Notes: generated by a model from the letters alone, not told the origin. A stretch of 64,000 nt of DNA from an uncultured Chloroflexia bacterium (GCA_963765765.1 CAVXYC010000032.1:224001-288000), one strand, 5' to 3'; positions 1 through 10,615 are shown, counted from the first letter of the stretch. A program made the numbers and translations.

Positions 1-190
1 CTGGCGAGGCTTGCTCGTGGCCCGAGTTGGTGTCTAAGACATGCGCGGACCGAACGCTCGGGACTTCCCGGGCGGCCTGCGCACGGTCATTCGTTCGTGT
101 TGCTCAAGCTGCTGCCAGTTGGACCACGGGTTTGCCCGCTGCGCGGCTCAGGCGGCTCAACCGCACCAGGTTGTAAGCGGTCATTTGCGG

Positions 191-955
191 ATGGTGAAGC
201 GACACCGCCTCATCACCTTCTTTGTCCTGGCCTACGCGCTCTCGTGGTGGGAGTGGCCACTTCACGCCGTCGGCCTGTTCCCCGGTCCCATCTTCCCCTG
301 GGGACCGATGATCGCCGCCTTCATCATCCTGGCACTGACCAAGGGCAAGGCCGGGGTGAAGGCCCTCCTGCGATCGATGGTGCAGTGGCGAGCGGGGCTC
401 AACTGGTACGCCGTGGCGTTAGGACTCCCCGCCGTGCTGTATCTGGCCGCGGTATGCCTCAACGTGCTGCTCGGCGCCCCCATTCCCACCTCGGCCCAGT
501 TGTCCGTCCCCTGGTACATGCTCGTGCTGGCCTTTCCCCTCACGATCCTCGAGGGTGGCGCGCTGGAGGAGCCAGGCTGGCGTGGCTATGCGCTGCCACG
601 ACTGCTCGCTCACCGCTCGGCTCTCGCGGCCAGCCTGATCTTGGGCGCGGTGCACGCCGGCTGGCATCTGCCGCTGTATGCCGCCACCCCCGCCAACTTG
701 GCCTTAATCCCGCTGGTCATCGGCTGGTCGGTCCTGTTCACCTGGCTGTTTAACGGGACGAACGGGAGCGTGTTACTCGCGATCTTGTTCCACGGCTCGC
801 TCAACACCCTGGCGGGGCTGCTCCAGCCGATGTTCTCGGGAGAGGACGCCGTCCGGTTGTTGTGGCTGCTTGCAGCAGCGTTCTGCGTGGCGGCCGTCGT
901 GGTGGCGCTTGCCGCGGGGCCGGAGCTCTCGCGCAGGCCGTCCCCCCACACTTAG
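191..955 (+). CDS. CPBP (CAAX/Abi) family intramembrane metalloprotease
   Basis: Multi-TM ORF with EEPGWRG, WHLP and HGSLN motifs; ATG at 191 preferred over the ORF-track start at 41. Confidence 0.9.
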   Translation: MVKRHRLITFFVLAYALSWWEWPLHAVGLFPGPIFPWGPMIAAFIILALTKGKAGVKALLRSMVQWRAGLNWYAVALGLPAVLYLAAVCLNVLLGAPIPTSAQLSVPWYMLVLAFPLTILEGGALEEPGWRGYALPRLLAHRSALAASLILGAVHAGWHLPLYAATPANLALIPLVIGWSVLFTWLFNGTNGSVLLAILFHGSLNTLAGLLQPMFSGEDAVRLLWLLAAAFCVAAVVVALAAGPELSRRPSPHT

Positions 956-1142
956 CATCGGTCCGACCAGTGCGTACATCCTCAACGACGACCCAAACAT
1001 ACCCCAGGAGGTTGTGGATGCTGGCTGCTACGCCGTTGTCTCAGGCCTCCTTGGTTCGCGGGCAACCGCTTTGACGAGTCGCCGCTGGGTGACCCGCCGG
1101 TAGCAGAACAGGATCAGTGCCCAAAACGGTGCCCGGAATCGG

Positions 1143-1295
1143 GCAGGCTGTTGAAAAAGTCGCTTGTAATTCTGCAGTGAGCTTCAAGTCGTCATTGATA
1201 GAGCCGCAAACGGCTGAATCCGGGCCTCCGAGGGCCTCTTGCCCTTCGAATCGACGGTCATGAGCATGCGGCTGAGGAGTTTTTCAACAGCCTGC
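1143..1295. mobile_element. MITE-like element with 16-bp perfect terminal inverted repeats
   Basis: GCAGGCTGTTGAAAAA (1143-1158) and TTTTTCAACAGCCTGC (1280-1295), no coding capacity; ends resemble IS5/IS1182-type TIRs. Confidence 0.7.
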
Positions 1296-1453
1296 TAGAG
1301 GCCACGATGCCCTGGGTGTTCAGCGGATCAGGCAGCCGATTCCAGGGTGCACCGCCAATGTTCGAAACGGAACGTACGCCGCCAACCCGATGTGGTCTAC
1401 ACTATCGCGCGATGCATCCCGCCGATGGTCCAGGTGAGGCCGAAGCCGTCCAG

Positions 1454-1832
1454 ATGGGGCGCAAGCACATCCTGGCGGTGAACGGCTCCAGCGAATTCCT
1501 CGAGTTCGTCCGCGTGCTGTTTGAGCAAGAGCGTTACAACGTCCACGACGAACTTCGTCCCGCGCACGGACGCGATGATCGCCGCGCTCCAACCGGACCT
1601 GGTCATCGTGGATATCGTCCTGGGCCATCAAATGGGGTGGGATCTGCTCGAAAGCCTGCACCGCGAGGTCGTGACCAGGGACATCCCCTTGCTGCTCACA
1701 TCCACCGATCCTCGGATGCTGGCTCGGGCCCAAGCGGACGAGGCCCGCTACGGGCAGCATCAGGTGATTGCGAAGCCGATGGATGTCGATGAGCTGCTGG
1801 GCACGGTCTCGGAGATCATCGGCGCAGCGTGA
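1454..1832 (+). CDS. Stand-alone response regulator receiver (frameshifted near 1543)
   Basis: MGRKHILAVNG...RYNV joins TTTNFVP...PDLVIVDI...IAKPMD in another frame. Confidence 0.8.
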
Positions 1833-1994
1833 GCGGGGGTGGATGGACGGCGGGCGCCTTCCTGCGGACACTCCATCGCCGTAGACAAGGAAACCCAGCG
1901 CCCCGAGCTGTTCCGCTTCGACGATTTGGAGATCATCGACTCCAGCAGGATGAGCTCCCGATAGAGTCTGGGCGCTCATGACCGACGCACGGCG

Positions 1995-2390
1995 TCAGGT
2001 CGGTGGGGGGCCCAGCGGCTCGAGACCCTCGAGCATGCGGTGCACCTGCTCGTGGTGCTGCTCTTCGAGCACCGCCTCCTCTTCGATGCGCGCCGCGGTG
2101 GCTTCGTTACCGCGTTCACGCGACCAGGCGGCGAGCTTTCGGGCCAGGGCGGCATTCTCGGCCAGGGCGCGAGCGGCAGACACAACGGCGGCGTTGCGGG
2201 CCTCGCAGTGGGCGATCCACAGCGCGAGCGCCTCATACGCGTGGCCGATCCGACATTCGAAGGCGGGGTCGGTTCCGTCCTCGCGCTCCCACAGGGCGCC
2301 GCCGCAGCGGGGGCAGACGTAGCCGCTCGGTGCCCCAGGTGGCTCGACGCGGTGCCCATTGCTGCGCGGGTGGGGCGCGGGATCGCTCAT
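1995..2390 (-). CDS. Stand-alone protein resembling the C-terminal extension of CheB-like proteins (CxxC...CxxGH plus helical tail)
   Basis: PSGYVCPRCGGALWE...FECRIGHAY...AARALAENAALARKLA. Confidence 0.7.
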   Translation of the reverse strand: MSDPAPHPRSNGHRVEPPGAPSGYVCPRCGGALWEREDGTDPAFECRIGHAYEALALWIAHCEARNAAVVSAARALAENAALARKLAAWSRERGNEATAARIEEEAVLEEQHHEQVHRMLEGLEPLGPPPT

Positions 2391-2510
2391 GCGGCGAGCC
2401 GCCGAGCACTTTTTGTACCCGAACCTGACGAACGTGCCAATCTCAGCGCTGCAGGGAGAAAAACGTGCATCTCTGCACGGGGGCTGACGATTGCGTTCGT
2501 TCCGAGAATG

Positions 2511-2653
2511 GGGCAGCTGTTAAAAAAGTCCATTGGCATCCTGCCACGGGACCGGAAATGAACTGTGGAGGCCACCAATAGAGGGTCCGAGCGCCCATCC
2601 CGGGGTAAATCCGAGCCGTGGTCACCGACTCGCGGGGTTTTTCAACAAGCTCC
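2511..2653. mobile_element. Degenerate MITE related to 1143-1295
   Basis: GGGCAGCTGTTAAAAAAGTCC ... GGGGTTTTTCAACAAGCTCCC; similar size and ends. Confidence 0.5.
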
Positions 2654-2730
2654 CCGCGAGCTCGTGGCGCTGACCCTTCAGGATGGAAGGCATCGCGTAC
2701 GTAGCGAAACTCGTTCCGATACCGTCAGGA

Positions 2731-3681
2731 TCAACAGGGTGATCCCTGTTCCGGAGTCCCCTCGGGGCCATGTCCCGTCATGCCGCCCTCAGCTCGATCG
2801 TCCGCACGCTCGCCGGTCTCGGGTCGGCGCCCGATGATCGAGCCCCGCCACCGCTCCCGATTGCCCGCCTCGTCCGCCGCCTCCTCGTCCGGTGCGTCCG
2901 AGCGGTAGAGGCCGTGCTCGACCACCCAGACCCCGATCTGAGTCCGGTTCCGGAGCTCCAGCCGTTTTAAAATCGCCTCGATATGGTTAGCGACGGTGCC
3001 GGTCACCAGCACCAGCCGCTCGGCGATCTCGTCGTTGCTGAGCCCCTCGGCGATACACGCCGCAATCTCCTGCTGCCGACGGGTGATCCGCGCCAACTCA
3101 TTCGAGGCTTCTTGTCGGCCGCGTCGGATGGCCTCCCGGGTGGCCTGCTCGAACAGGTCAGCCCGCTGGATTACCAACCCGATCCAACCGGCGACGGCCG
3201 TGAGAAATCGAACGTCGGCCTCGGTGAAGGCCTCGGGACGCACCGAGACGGCGGAGAGCACGCCGCGTCGGGCCTCGCGGACATCGATCGGCACGCTGAT
3301 CTCGCTGCGCACCCCCAGGCCCTCGATCATCCCGCGCAGCTGCTCGGGATCCTGATCCGCGTGGCCGGTGGAGTACGGCTCCCCGGTGCGAAAGACCTTC
3401 ACCACCGCGCCGCCGTTGGCCAGCGGCTGGCGATCCATCCCAATCTGATGCTGGCGCACCCCCACCTCGGTGGTGCTCGTGCCGAGCGCCACCAGGGTCT
3501 CATTCTGGGCCCCATAGAGGAACACGTCGACCTTGTCGGCCCGGAGCGGCTCGGTGATCAGATCGCACGCCTCGATCAGCGCCCCGCGGAGATCCGGGCT
3601 CTGGATGGTCAACACGCGCTGGAGGGTCTCCAGCAGGCGGCGGTCGGCCTCGAAGGCACGACCGGCATCGGGCATCGTCAT
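2731..3681 (-). CDS. GAF domain-LuxR HTH transcriptional regulator (paralog 1)
   Basis: ADKVDVFLY...GVRSEISVPI GAF; ITRRQQEIAACIAEGLSNDEIA...GTVANH HTH. Confidence 0.9.
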   Translation of the reverse strand: MTMPDAGRAFEADRRLLETLQRVLTIQSPDLRGALIEACDLITEPLRADKVDVFLYGAQNETLVALGTSTTEVGVRQHQIGMDRQPLANGGAVVKVFRTGEPYSTGHADQDPEQLRGMIEGLGVRSEISVPIDVREARRGVLSAVSVRPEAFTEADVRFLTAVAGWIGLVIQRADLFEQATREAIRRGRQEASNELARITRRQQEIAACIAEGLSNDEIAERLVLVTGTVANHIEAILKRLELRNRTQIGVWVVEHGLYRSDAPDEEAADEAGNRERWRGSIIGRRPETGERADDRAEGGMTGHGPEGTPEQGSPC

Positions 3682-4343
3682 ACGCCGACTCCAGCTGCGA
3701 ACTTGGCAGCTCCGTCGGCAGGGACGAAAGAAAGAATGGGCCGGGTCGATCGACCCGGCGCAAGCGCGCCAAACGAGCGCGCCAGCGAAACGTACCAGTA
3801 CCCCCAGTGTACCGGTTCGGCGGCCGCATGCACGTCGAGTTGAGCGCCTTGCGCCGAAGATGTGCAGATGCGCACGGGTGGAGCGGCACCGGGCGAACCC
3901 GGGTTACGGGTCGCTCGTAGCGACGCGAGCCAAACATGGGATTCCTGTGACCGCTCTGTGGGAACCCCAGATTCCGATAACCCGCCTTCCCAGACGGTCG
4001 CTCGGCCGCGTTGTTCCCTCTTTCCGCACCCAGTGACTCCTGAGAACGCGCGATGTCGCTGATCCCAATCAGTCATCGGCGCGCCGACGGTTACCCGGCT
4101 TATCCCGGCCGGTTTGCGGCAATTCACCAGTCAGCCCGACCGGATCCTGCGGATCGGCTATCTTGGTTCGGGCCGTGCGGACCGGATGGCGGCGCCACCA
4201 GCGTGCCGGCGAGATCGTCACGCCCGATCGTGGTCCTGGCTCCGTCTCCCGTGTGATCAGCTCGCCACCACATAGCACTGTTCCGCGACGCCGAGCGAAT
4301 CAAGCGCCGAGACATCGCCCGGACGGTTGGAGCCCCGCCGGTG

Positions 4344-4710
4344 CTACTCGCGCTCCTTTGGGAGCAACCAGTGGGCGATGAGCGCTTCCATAGCGTCCAG
4401 GTCGAACGGCTTGGCGATGAACGCGTCGGCTCCCGCCCCGTCTGTTTCACGGGGCCCCATGGAGCTCATCAGAATCACTGGGATGCCCCCGGTGTCGGTG
4501 GTGGCCTTCAGGCGCCGGGCAGAGCTCCACACCGGTCAGGACCGGCATCATCATGTCCGTGACCACCAAATCCGGCCGCTCCCTCTCGATCACCGCGAGC
4601 GCATCAGCGCCGTGCACGGCCTTGAGTATCCGGTGACCGGCGTCCGTCAGCATCTGGACCAGAACGTCGCGCACGGGCTCCTCGTCATCGACGATCAGGA
4701 TTGTGGCCAC
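4344..4710 (-). CDS. Response regulator receiver (frameshifted near 4520)
   Basis: ILIVDDE...VVTDMMMP + RRLKA...FIAKPFDL; start overlaps end of the KaiC-like gene. Confidence 0.85.
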
Positions 4711-6196
4711 TCCGCCCCCCCGCTGGCACCGGGTTGCACGTCGGCCGCAGGCTTGCCAGACAAGCGCGGGAGTCCCGTGAGTAGACCTTCTCCGAGGGGC
4801 GCCGGACCCAGGAGCTCAATGCCCCGGCCCGGGGTGATCGTCAGCTCGTAGATGGCGGGATCATAGGCCGAAAAGCGCATTTTGAAGATCGAGAATACCC
4901 GATGCATCCGACCGTGGTACTCGGCCTGCCGGAGAAGCAGGAGATTCTCCGCGAGCAGCGAGAGCGGCGTCCCGGCCAGCTCGAGCTGGGGTCCCATGAT
5001 CACGGGCAGATCCAGCGTCAGATAGCTCGTGACGTCTCGCCCACGCAGGTAACTGACCAGCGCGGACAGAAAGTCGGGGATGCGACTCGAGAAGCTCAGT
5101 CCGCGCTCGACCTCCGCCACGGAGTCAATTACCAGCCGCCGAACGCCGCGGCGTTCGACATCCTCGACCAGCACCGCGGCGATGGTGTCCGCCTCCAAAT
5201 CATAGCCCGGCAGCACCAGGATGCGGGCCTGACCCGCTGTCTGGGCCGCGCCCAGGTCCATGCCGTACGCCCGCGCTTTCTCCTCGAGCTGCGCTGCGCC
5301 TTCCATGAATCCCAGATACAACACGGCTCCTGCCGGCGGATGCCTTCGGCCAGGAGATGCAGTCCGAGCGTGGTTTTCCCCACGCCCGGGCTGCCGGCAA
5401 CCAGCGTGATCGTCCCCGCGTTCAGGCCTCCATCCATCAGCGCGTCCAGGTCGGCGATCCCGAAGGCCGCCCGGTCCGCGTTCCAGGCCGGCTCGGTGGC
5501 CGTGACCACGGATTCAAACCGCGGGAAGATGACGATGCCGCTATCATCGATCACGAACGGATGGTCCCCGCCGAGCGGCCGCGAGCCCCGCGCTTTGAAG
5601 ACTTCGAGGGTCCGGCGCTGGCGGCTCTCCGAGCGCTCGCGACGTAGCACCACGATCATGTCGCAGACCGTCAACTCGGGATAGCGATGTGATTCTTCCG
5701 GGTCCCCCTCGACCAGAACCAGGGTCGTCATTCCCAGGATCGCCAGTTTCGCGCCCAGCGAGTACAGAAAATGCGCCGCCGCCTGATCGTCGCCCAGAAA
5801 GCCGCGCATACTCCGAAAGCCGTCGAGAATCACCAGCGACGCGCGCTGCTGCCGCGCCGTCGCGATGATCGCCTCTTCGGTCTCATCCACCCCTTGCCGC
5901 AACAGGTCGGGTAGGCTGGCTAATTGGAACTGTTCACCAATCACGTTCGGCTCGAAGAAGCTGAGTCCGTGGTTGTGGGCAAGGAGCTTCTCATGCGTCT
6001 CCGAGTAGCCGGTGAGGTACAGCACCGGTGCCCCCCGCGAGGCGGCGTGGAAGGCGATCTGCTGGCCGAGCACGGTCTTGCCGCTGCCCGGGGCGCCGAT
6101 GACCATGGCGATCGATCCCCGGAGAATCCCGCCCCCGAGAATGCGGTCCAGGTTCGGGACGCCCGTTTCGAGCATGTCAATCGGGGCGTCCCCCAT
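4695..6196 (-). CDS. KaiC/RAD55-like double-domain RecA-family ATPase (frameshifted near 5320)
   Basis: TGVPNLDRILGGG, Walker A GAPGSGKT and GSPGVGKT, K-x-R motifs (KARGS, KMRFS), RRLVIDS Walker B. Confidence 0.9.
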
Positions 6197-6494
6197 CAAT
6201 CAATCCTGTCCTGCCTCAGCGGCCCCGCCGTCCGTGCGGTGACGGGGACCGTGGGCCACTCGGGTGGAACCCGTTGGTGCACGCAGTATGCCGGAAGAAT
6301 TATGTCGGCATTCGTCCCCTTCTCTCCACCATCGAGCGTGAGCCTGGAAGACCTGCCTCAGCTACGCTGCGCTTCGCTCATGCAGGAGTAAGGGAGTGGG
6401 GCTGGCTGCCCCAATGACTGTCAAGGTTTCGCCTGCTTCGCTTCGCTACGCCCCTGTGGGTGAGCAGTCATTCCCCGTGCGTCGGCTTACTATC

Positions 6495-6515
6495 AGGGTT
6501 TTGTCCCAAAACCCT
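6495..6515. promoter_or_regulatory. Perfect palindrome, possible operator or hairpin
   Basis: AGGGTTTTG-tcc-CAAAACCCT upstream of the KaiC-like gene. Confidence 0.35.
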
Positions 6516-6584
6516 ATCCTATGATGCTCGGGGAGGAAATACGCCGTGGCCAAACTAAGCGTTGTCGGTCCTGATGCTCGGGAG

Positions 6585-6727
6585 CTGCGGCCAGACCTGG
6601 CATTGGCGACATCGTTCTGGGCCACCAGGTCGGCTGGGATCTGCTGGAAAGCCTGCACCGCGACAGCGTGACCCGTGACATCCCCGTGCTGCTCACATCG
6701 ACGGAGCCGCGCATGCTGGCTCGGGCC
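6585..6727 (+). pseudogene. Fragment of a receiver gene paralogous to 1454-1832
   Basis: Encodes DIVLGHQVGWDLLESLHRDSVTRDIPVLLTSTEPRMLARA versus DIVLGHQMGWDLLESLHREVVTRDIPLLLTSTDPRMLARA; N- and C-termini missing. Confidence 0.8.
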
Positions 6728-6795
6728 GTGCGATTGGGACTCTGCGGCTAACACGGTCCAGTGCCCCGTCAATCATCGCCGATGGTCGCCCGAGA

Positions 6796-7077
6796 TCAGC
6801 GAGCTGAGCGGCGAGGCGTAGTGCCTTCCGATCTCGTGGCAGCCGGTTCGCGGTCGGCCAGCTTGGCACGCAGCCAGCGGAACAACGCGGTGCCATCGCC
6901 GTCCGTATATCCGGCAGCCCGATACTCCGCTCGGAGCTGGTCCAAGATGGGAGCCGCGGCCAATCGCAGCGCTCCGACGGCCTCTTCCGACGGGCTCCGC
7001 TCAACATTGTGAAGCGCCACCCGGAATCGCTCGATCAAGGAGTCTCTGTCCTGGTCGTTCGTTCTAGGGATGCTCAT
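6796..7077 (-). CDS. Hypothetical protein
   Basis: Helical ORF with LRAEYRAAGYTDGDGTALFRWL; plausible composition. Confidence 0.55.
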   Translation of the reverse strand: MSIPRTNDQDRDSLIERFRVALHNVERSPSEEAVGALRLAAAPILDQLRAEYRAAGYTDGDGTALFRWLRAKLADREPAATRSEGTTPRRSAR

Positions 7078-7517
7078 CCGCCACCCGTCCCACCGCATGC
7101 TGCGCGCTGTGCTTTAAGTATCTGTCCGAACGGTGCGTCTGGATAGATGCACGGATGCATAGAATGTGCACGCAGATACGAAAGTGGCAGGGAAGAATCT
7201 CGGTCGAGAGAGGTTTAGGACACCACCCCACCCCGTGCCGGGCCATTCCCGTCCCGCTGTGACAAAGATGCACGGTCTGGTGGTGTGTTTCGCTCAGCGG
7301 CGTGGGTGGTCCATTGCGTTCCCTTCCGTGTGCATCACGCTGGGCACAAGTGCTGTGAGCTGACGAAGGATGACCGTCTGACCCGACTGCGCGTTGAACG
7401 TGTAGGTCATAGACAGTGGGGCCGCGATGTCGTGATCGTTGACCACCCGATCCGGCTTACTCGCGCCTAGAAGCTCGGTCCACTCGCTCGTCGCCTATTT
7501 GCTCAACGGACTAGCGT

Positions 7518-7760
7518 TTACCGGAAGTGAGGCAGAACCTCCCGCTCATAGAACTGGAAGAATCCTTCCTGGTCCGGGCCTACCTGATCAACGTGGACAC
7601 GATCGTAGCCGGCATCCAGGCACTTCTGGATCGCGGTGACATGCTGCTCAGGATCAGGACCGCAGGTCACGATCTCCGCGATCTGATCTTCTGTGACAAG
7701 CTGCGTCGCCTGCTCGTAGTGGCGGGGTAACGGCAGTTCCTGGCCAAGTTGCCCACCTAT
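7518..7760 (-). pseudogene. C-terminal fragment of LLM-class F420-dependent oxidoreductase
   Basis: QELPLPRHYEQA...CGPDPEQH...AGYDRVHVDQVGPDQEGFFQFYEREVLP; N-terminus absent. Confidence 0.75.
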
Positions 7761-7887
7761 TAATTGCAAATCCCGGATCTATTCGGAAAAGGGAAGATCT
7801 ATGTCGCCGAAACGGTCCTTTTTTGGCATGGTCGCTGCGCTTGCGCCGAATCGGTAAGCCCGCGGAAACCCGAACGAGAGACGATTA

Positions 7888-8295
7888 ATGAATCGATTCT
7901 GGCGCGACTACAACCTGAGCATCGTACTGGCGGTTCTGTTTCTTGTGAGCTGGATTCTCCAGACCTGGATGGGCTGGGTGGAGTTCGTATCGCAGCAGGA
8001 GGCACATAGCCAGACCGCCGCCGTCTTCGGCTCGGATGGCTACATCTGGCAATGGGGTCAATCGACCTTTGAGAACTGGCAGTCTGAGTTTCTTCAGCTT
8101 CTAACCTTTGTCTATCTCACCAGCGTCTTCGTTCATCGCGGCAGTCACGAATCCAAAGACAGCGATGAAGCGATGCAGCGACTTCTGGAGAAGATTGACC
8201 AGCGGCTTGCTCGGCTGGAGCAGGATGGCGTCGCCAGCGGGGACTCAGGGCAAGTTGTAGAAGCAGCACGCGCCGCGGCGCTACGCAGACGTTAG
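7888..8295 (+). CDS. DUF6766-like membrane protein
   Basis: YNLSIVL TM, TFENWQSEFLQ and GSHESKD motifs. Confidence 0.8.
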   Translation: MNRFWRDYNLSIVLAVLFLVSWILQTWMGWVEFVSQQEAHSQTAAVFGSDGYIWQWGQSTFENWQSEFLQLLTFVYLTSVFVHRGSHESKDSDEAMQRLLEKIDQRLARLEQDGVASGDSGQVVEAARAAALRRR

Positions 8296-8498
8296 ACCGA
8301 ACCCCGGGGAGCGATAAAATGACCAGGTCTATCGCTCCCCAACTGGCGGGACGACTAGAGAGTGTGGGCCGTTCAGGCTATCTGCCACGAGTGCCTCTGT
8401 CGGGGCTCTAATATTCGTTAAACTCGTCTCTTGCACTCGTCAAACGTCGCGTCGGATATGGTGTATTAGGCGATGCCGTCATCCGCGGAGGCTGGCGA

Positions 8499-9362
8499 AT
8501 GAGGAGCAGACAGGAAGTTCGAGACCAGTGGAGCTCGCTTCGTAGCGAGATCGAGACTCAGTGGGAGCGTGCGCAACAACTTCAAGAGAGCTCCCTGGCG
8601 ATCCGAAGAAACTATCGTTCAGTTCAGAACACGCTTCCCCGGCTGCTGGAGATTTCCCAGCACGAGCTTGGCCCGGCGCTGTCCGAGGCGGCCGATATTC
8701 TTACTGAAGTGTTTGAATGCGAAGGCGTCGACTTCTTCCTTCATGACCCCACCACGGTGTGCCTTGTAGCCATCGGATCGAGCCACACACCCATCGCTCA
8801 GCGGCAGCGACAGCTTGGCCTGGATCGTTTGCAGGTCAAAGAGCCGAGCAGGGTCGTTGAGGTATTTCGCTCCGGATTGTCACGCCTGGATGGGAACGTA
8901 GACGAGGACTTATACGAGCATTCGGGTATTGCCGCGCAGCTCGGCGTACGGAGCTCGATGACCTGTCGTATCGAGTCGTCCGGAAGCTATCCGGGCGTCG
9001 TCCGGGCAATATGCACACGGACGAATGCCTTCAACGTGCGCGACCTGCGTGTTCTGGAATCGGTGGCCCGTTGGGCAGGGCTTTTCGTTCAGGCGGCCTC
9101 GGCTACGGATGGACGCGCGTCGCTGGATGCGAGCGATTCGCCGGTTCTCACGCCCGTCTTTAGCAATCCGCTCACGCGTCGACAGCAAGAGCTCGCCCTG
9201 CTGGTTGCCCAGGGACTTTCAAATGCTGAGATAGCGGATGCGCTGGTACTCAAACCCGGCACCGTGGCCAATCATGTAGCGGGGATACTCAAACGGTTGA
9301 ATGTTCGGAACCGGGCTCAAGTAGCCATTTGGGCGACGAAGCATCTCAGCTCGGCGCGCTGA
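8499..9362 (+). CDS. GAF domain-LuxR HTH regulator (paralog 2, most diverged)
   Basis: GVDFFLHD...LGLDRL...GVRS...RDLRVLESVARW; LTRRQQE...PGTVANH; GGAGG RBS. Confidence 0.85.
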   Translation: MRSRQEVRDQWSSLRSEIETQWERAQQLQESSLAIRRNYRSVQNTLPRLLEISQHELGPALSEAADILTEVFECEGVDFFLHDPTTVCLVAIGSSHTPIAQRQRQLGLDRLQVKEPSRVVEVFRSGLSRLDGNVDEDLYEHSGIAAQLGVRSSMTCRIESSGSYPGVVRAICTRTNAFNVRDLRVLESVARWAGLFVQAASATDGRASLDASDSPVLTPVFSNPLTRRQQELALLVAQGLSNAEIADALVLKPGTVANHVAGILKRLNVRNRAQVAIWATKHLSSAR

Positions 9363-9439
9363 AGCTTGTGTGACCCGAACAGATTACACATCAGGCCGCT
9401 TCGTTTTCAGCTTTAGCGAAGCGTCATGACCGTCGCACT

Positions 9440-9516
9440 GTAGAGCGGGCCCCGTGCCCGCGAGTCAACGGCTTGCGGCCGGTTTAGAGACTCGCGGGCA
9501 CGAAGGCCCGCTCTAC
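9440..9516. repeat. GTAG-family REP doublet (REPIN-like)
   Basis: GTAGA-GCGGGC-CCCGT-GCCCGC and an inverted copy GTAGA-GCGGGC-CTTCGT-GCCCGC; lies between convergent genes. Confidence 0.7.
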
Positions 9517-9635
9517 GACAGCCCAATCGGGACACATCACGCTGGTCATGTCCCAGGAGACCACGTTCATTAGAAAGACGATGGATAACAATGCGTTCGA
9601 CGCAGGAATTCCCGCGGTGTTTGCGTCGGTGCTGA

Positions 9636-9857
9636 TTAGTTAGCGGTTAGCTCATCGATGGTGCAGCTTAGCTGTTCCGGTGGGTCGTAGCCCCATGAGG
9701 GACCATAGCTCGATGCTTTGCCCGCTGGCGCGGAATCCATCTCAACCCGGTACAGAATAGTGCCCCCTTCGGACTCGATACCGATCACCTGTCCAGCTTG
9801 CTGCTCATCTTCAATGTAGACCCGATCACCAATGATCGGGGACCACTCATCGTCCAT
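9636..9857 (-). CDS. Small hypothetical protein, SH3/KOW-like beta pattern
   Basis: IGDRVYI...GQVIGI...YRVEMD; AAAGGAGA RBS. Confidence 0.6.
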   Translation of the reverse strand: MDDEWSPIIGDRVYIEDEQQAGQVIGIESEGGTILYRVEMDSAPAGKASSYGPSWGYDPPEQLSCTIDELTAN

Positions 9858-9957
9858 GATTGCGTCTCCTTTGAGATGCACCCACAACGTCCCTCGCCTT
9901 CCCGTGGCGGTGCTCCGGGCTGGTCAGGTCTGTGGCGCGACGCACGGAACGTGGTCT

Positions 9958-10161
9958 TCAGATGGGCGCCGTGCGTCGGCTCAGACCTAAAAGGCCGTGG
10001 CATAATTCGTGCCCAGGTTGCGAGCGGTCACAGCTCCACGTTCTCGCGCACATCTGGCAGGTGACCTCGCCGACCGATCCATCGTGAATCAACATGGAGC
10101 CGTGGCAATGATCGCAAGAGCCGGGAATCAGCGACGTCCCGAGCATGGACTCATCAGGCAT
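9958..10161 (-). CDS. Small putative zinc-ribbon protein
   Basis: CDHC...CQMC motif; G-rich RBS. Confidence 0.45.
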   Translation of the reverse strand: MPDESMLGTSLIPGSCDHCHGSMLIHDGSVGEVTCQMCARTWSCDRSQPGHELCHGLLGLSRRTAPI

Positions 10162-10194
10162 AGGTACATACCCCCTCGTGGTTGGTGGCTCGAA

Positions 10195-10539
10195 TCAAGC
10201 AGACAATGGTTGAGCTGATAATTGCCGGGCTCCTGCGACCCACGTGCCGTTTCGAATAGCGCTGCACATCTCGGTAAAGAGCGCAAATACGCCCGCATCG
10301 TCCGTGCAGCCCACGAGCTCCGCCGAACTGATGGCCGGGCCATACGATCCCTGCACGTAGGGATTCAGCGTGAGATCGCGGCGCTCAGAGCTCAGGTATG
10401 AAATACCCGCGATGATGCCGCGGTCCAGCAGGCTGGATCGCTGACTGCTGTCGAAGTGCGCCGATCGGCCATCCAGCCGTAGCTCCAGGGCGCAGCGACC
10501 TCGTCGATCCTGCACCCACTCCACATTGGTGATATTCAC
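10195..10539 (-). CDS. Hypothetical protein
   Basis: 114-aa ORF with AGGAG RBS before GTG. Confidence 0.55.
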   Translation of the reverse strand: MNITNVEWVQDRRGRCALELRLDGRSAHFDSSQRSSLLDRGIIAGISYLSSERRDLTLNPYVQGSYGPAISSAELVGCTDDAGVFALFTEMCSAIRNGTWVAGARQLSAQPLSA

Positions 10540-10615
10540 GTTCTCACTCCTACAACCAGCCCATCGCTTTACGGGCGGCGTTCACAGGCGTTCGTCGTTC
10601 GTTAGGAGAAGCGGC

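Noticed and set aside
4695-6196. Circadian clock kaiC
   Set aside because: No kaiA/kaiB nearby and canonical KaiC phosphosite context not evident; treated as a KaiC-like ATPase
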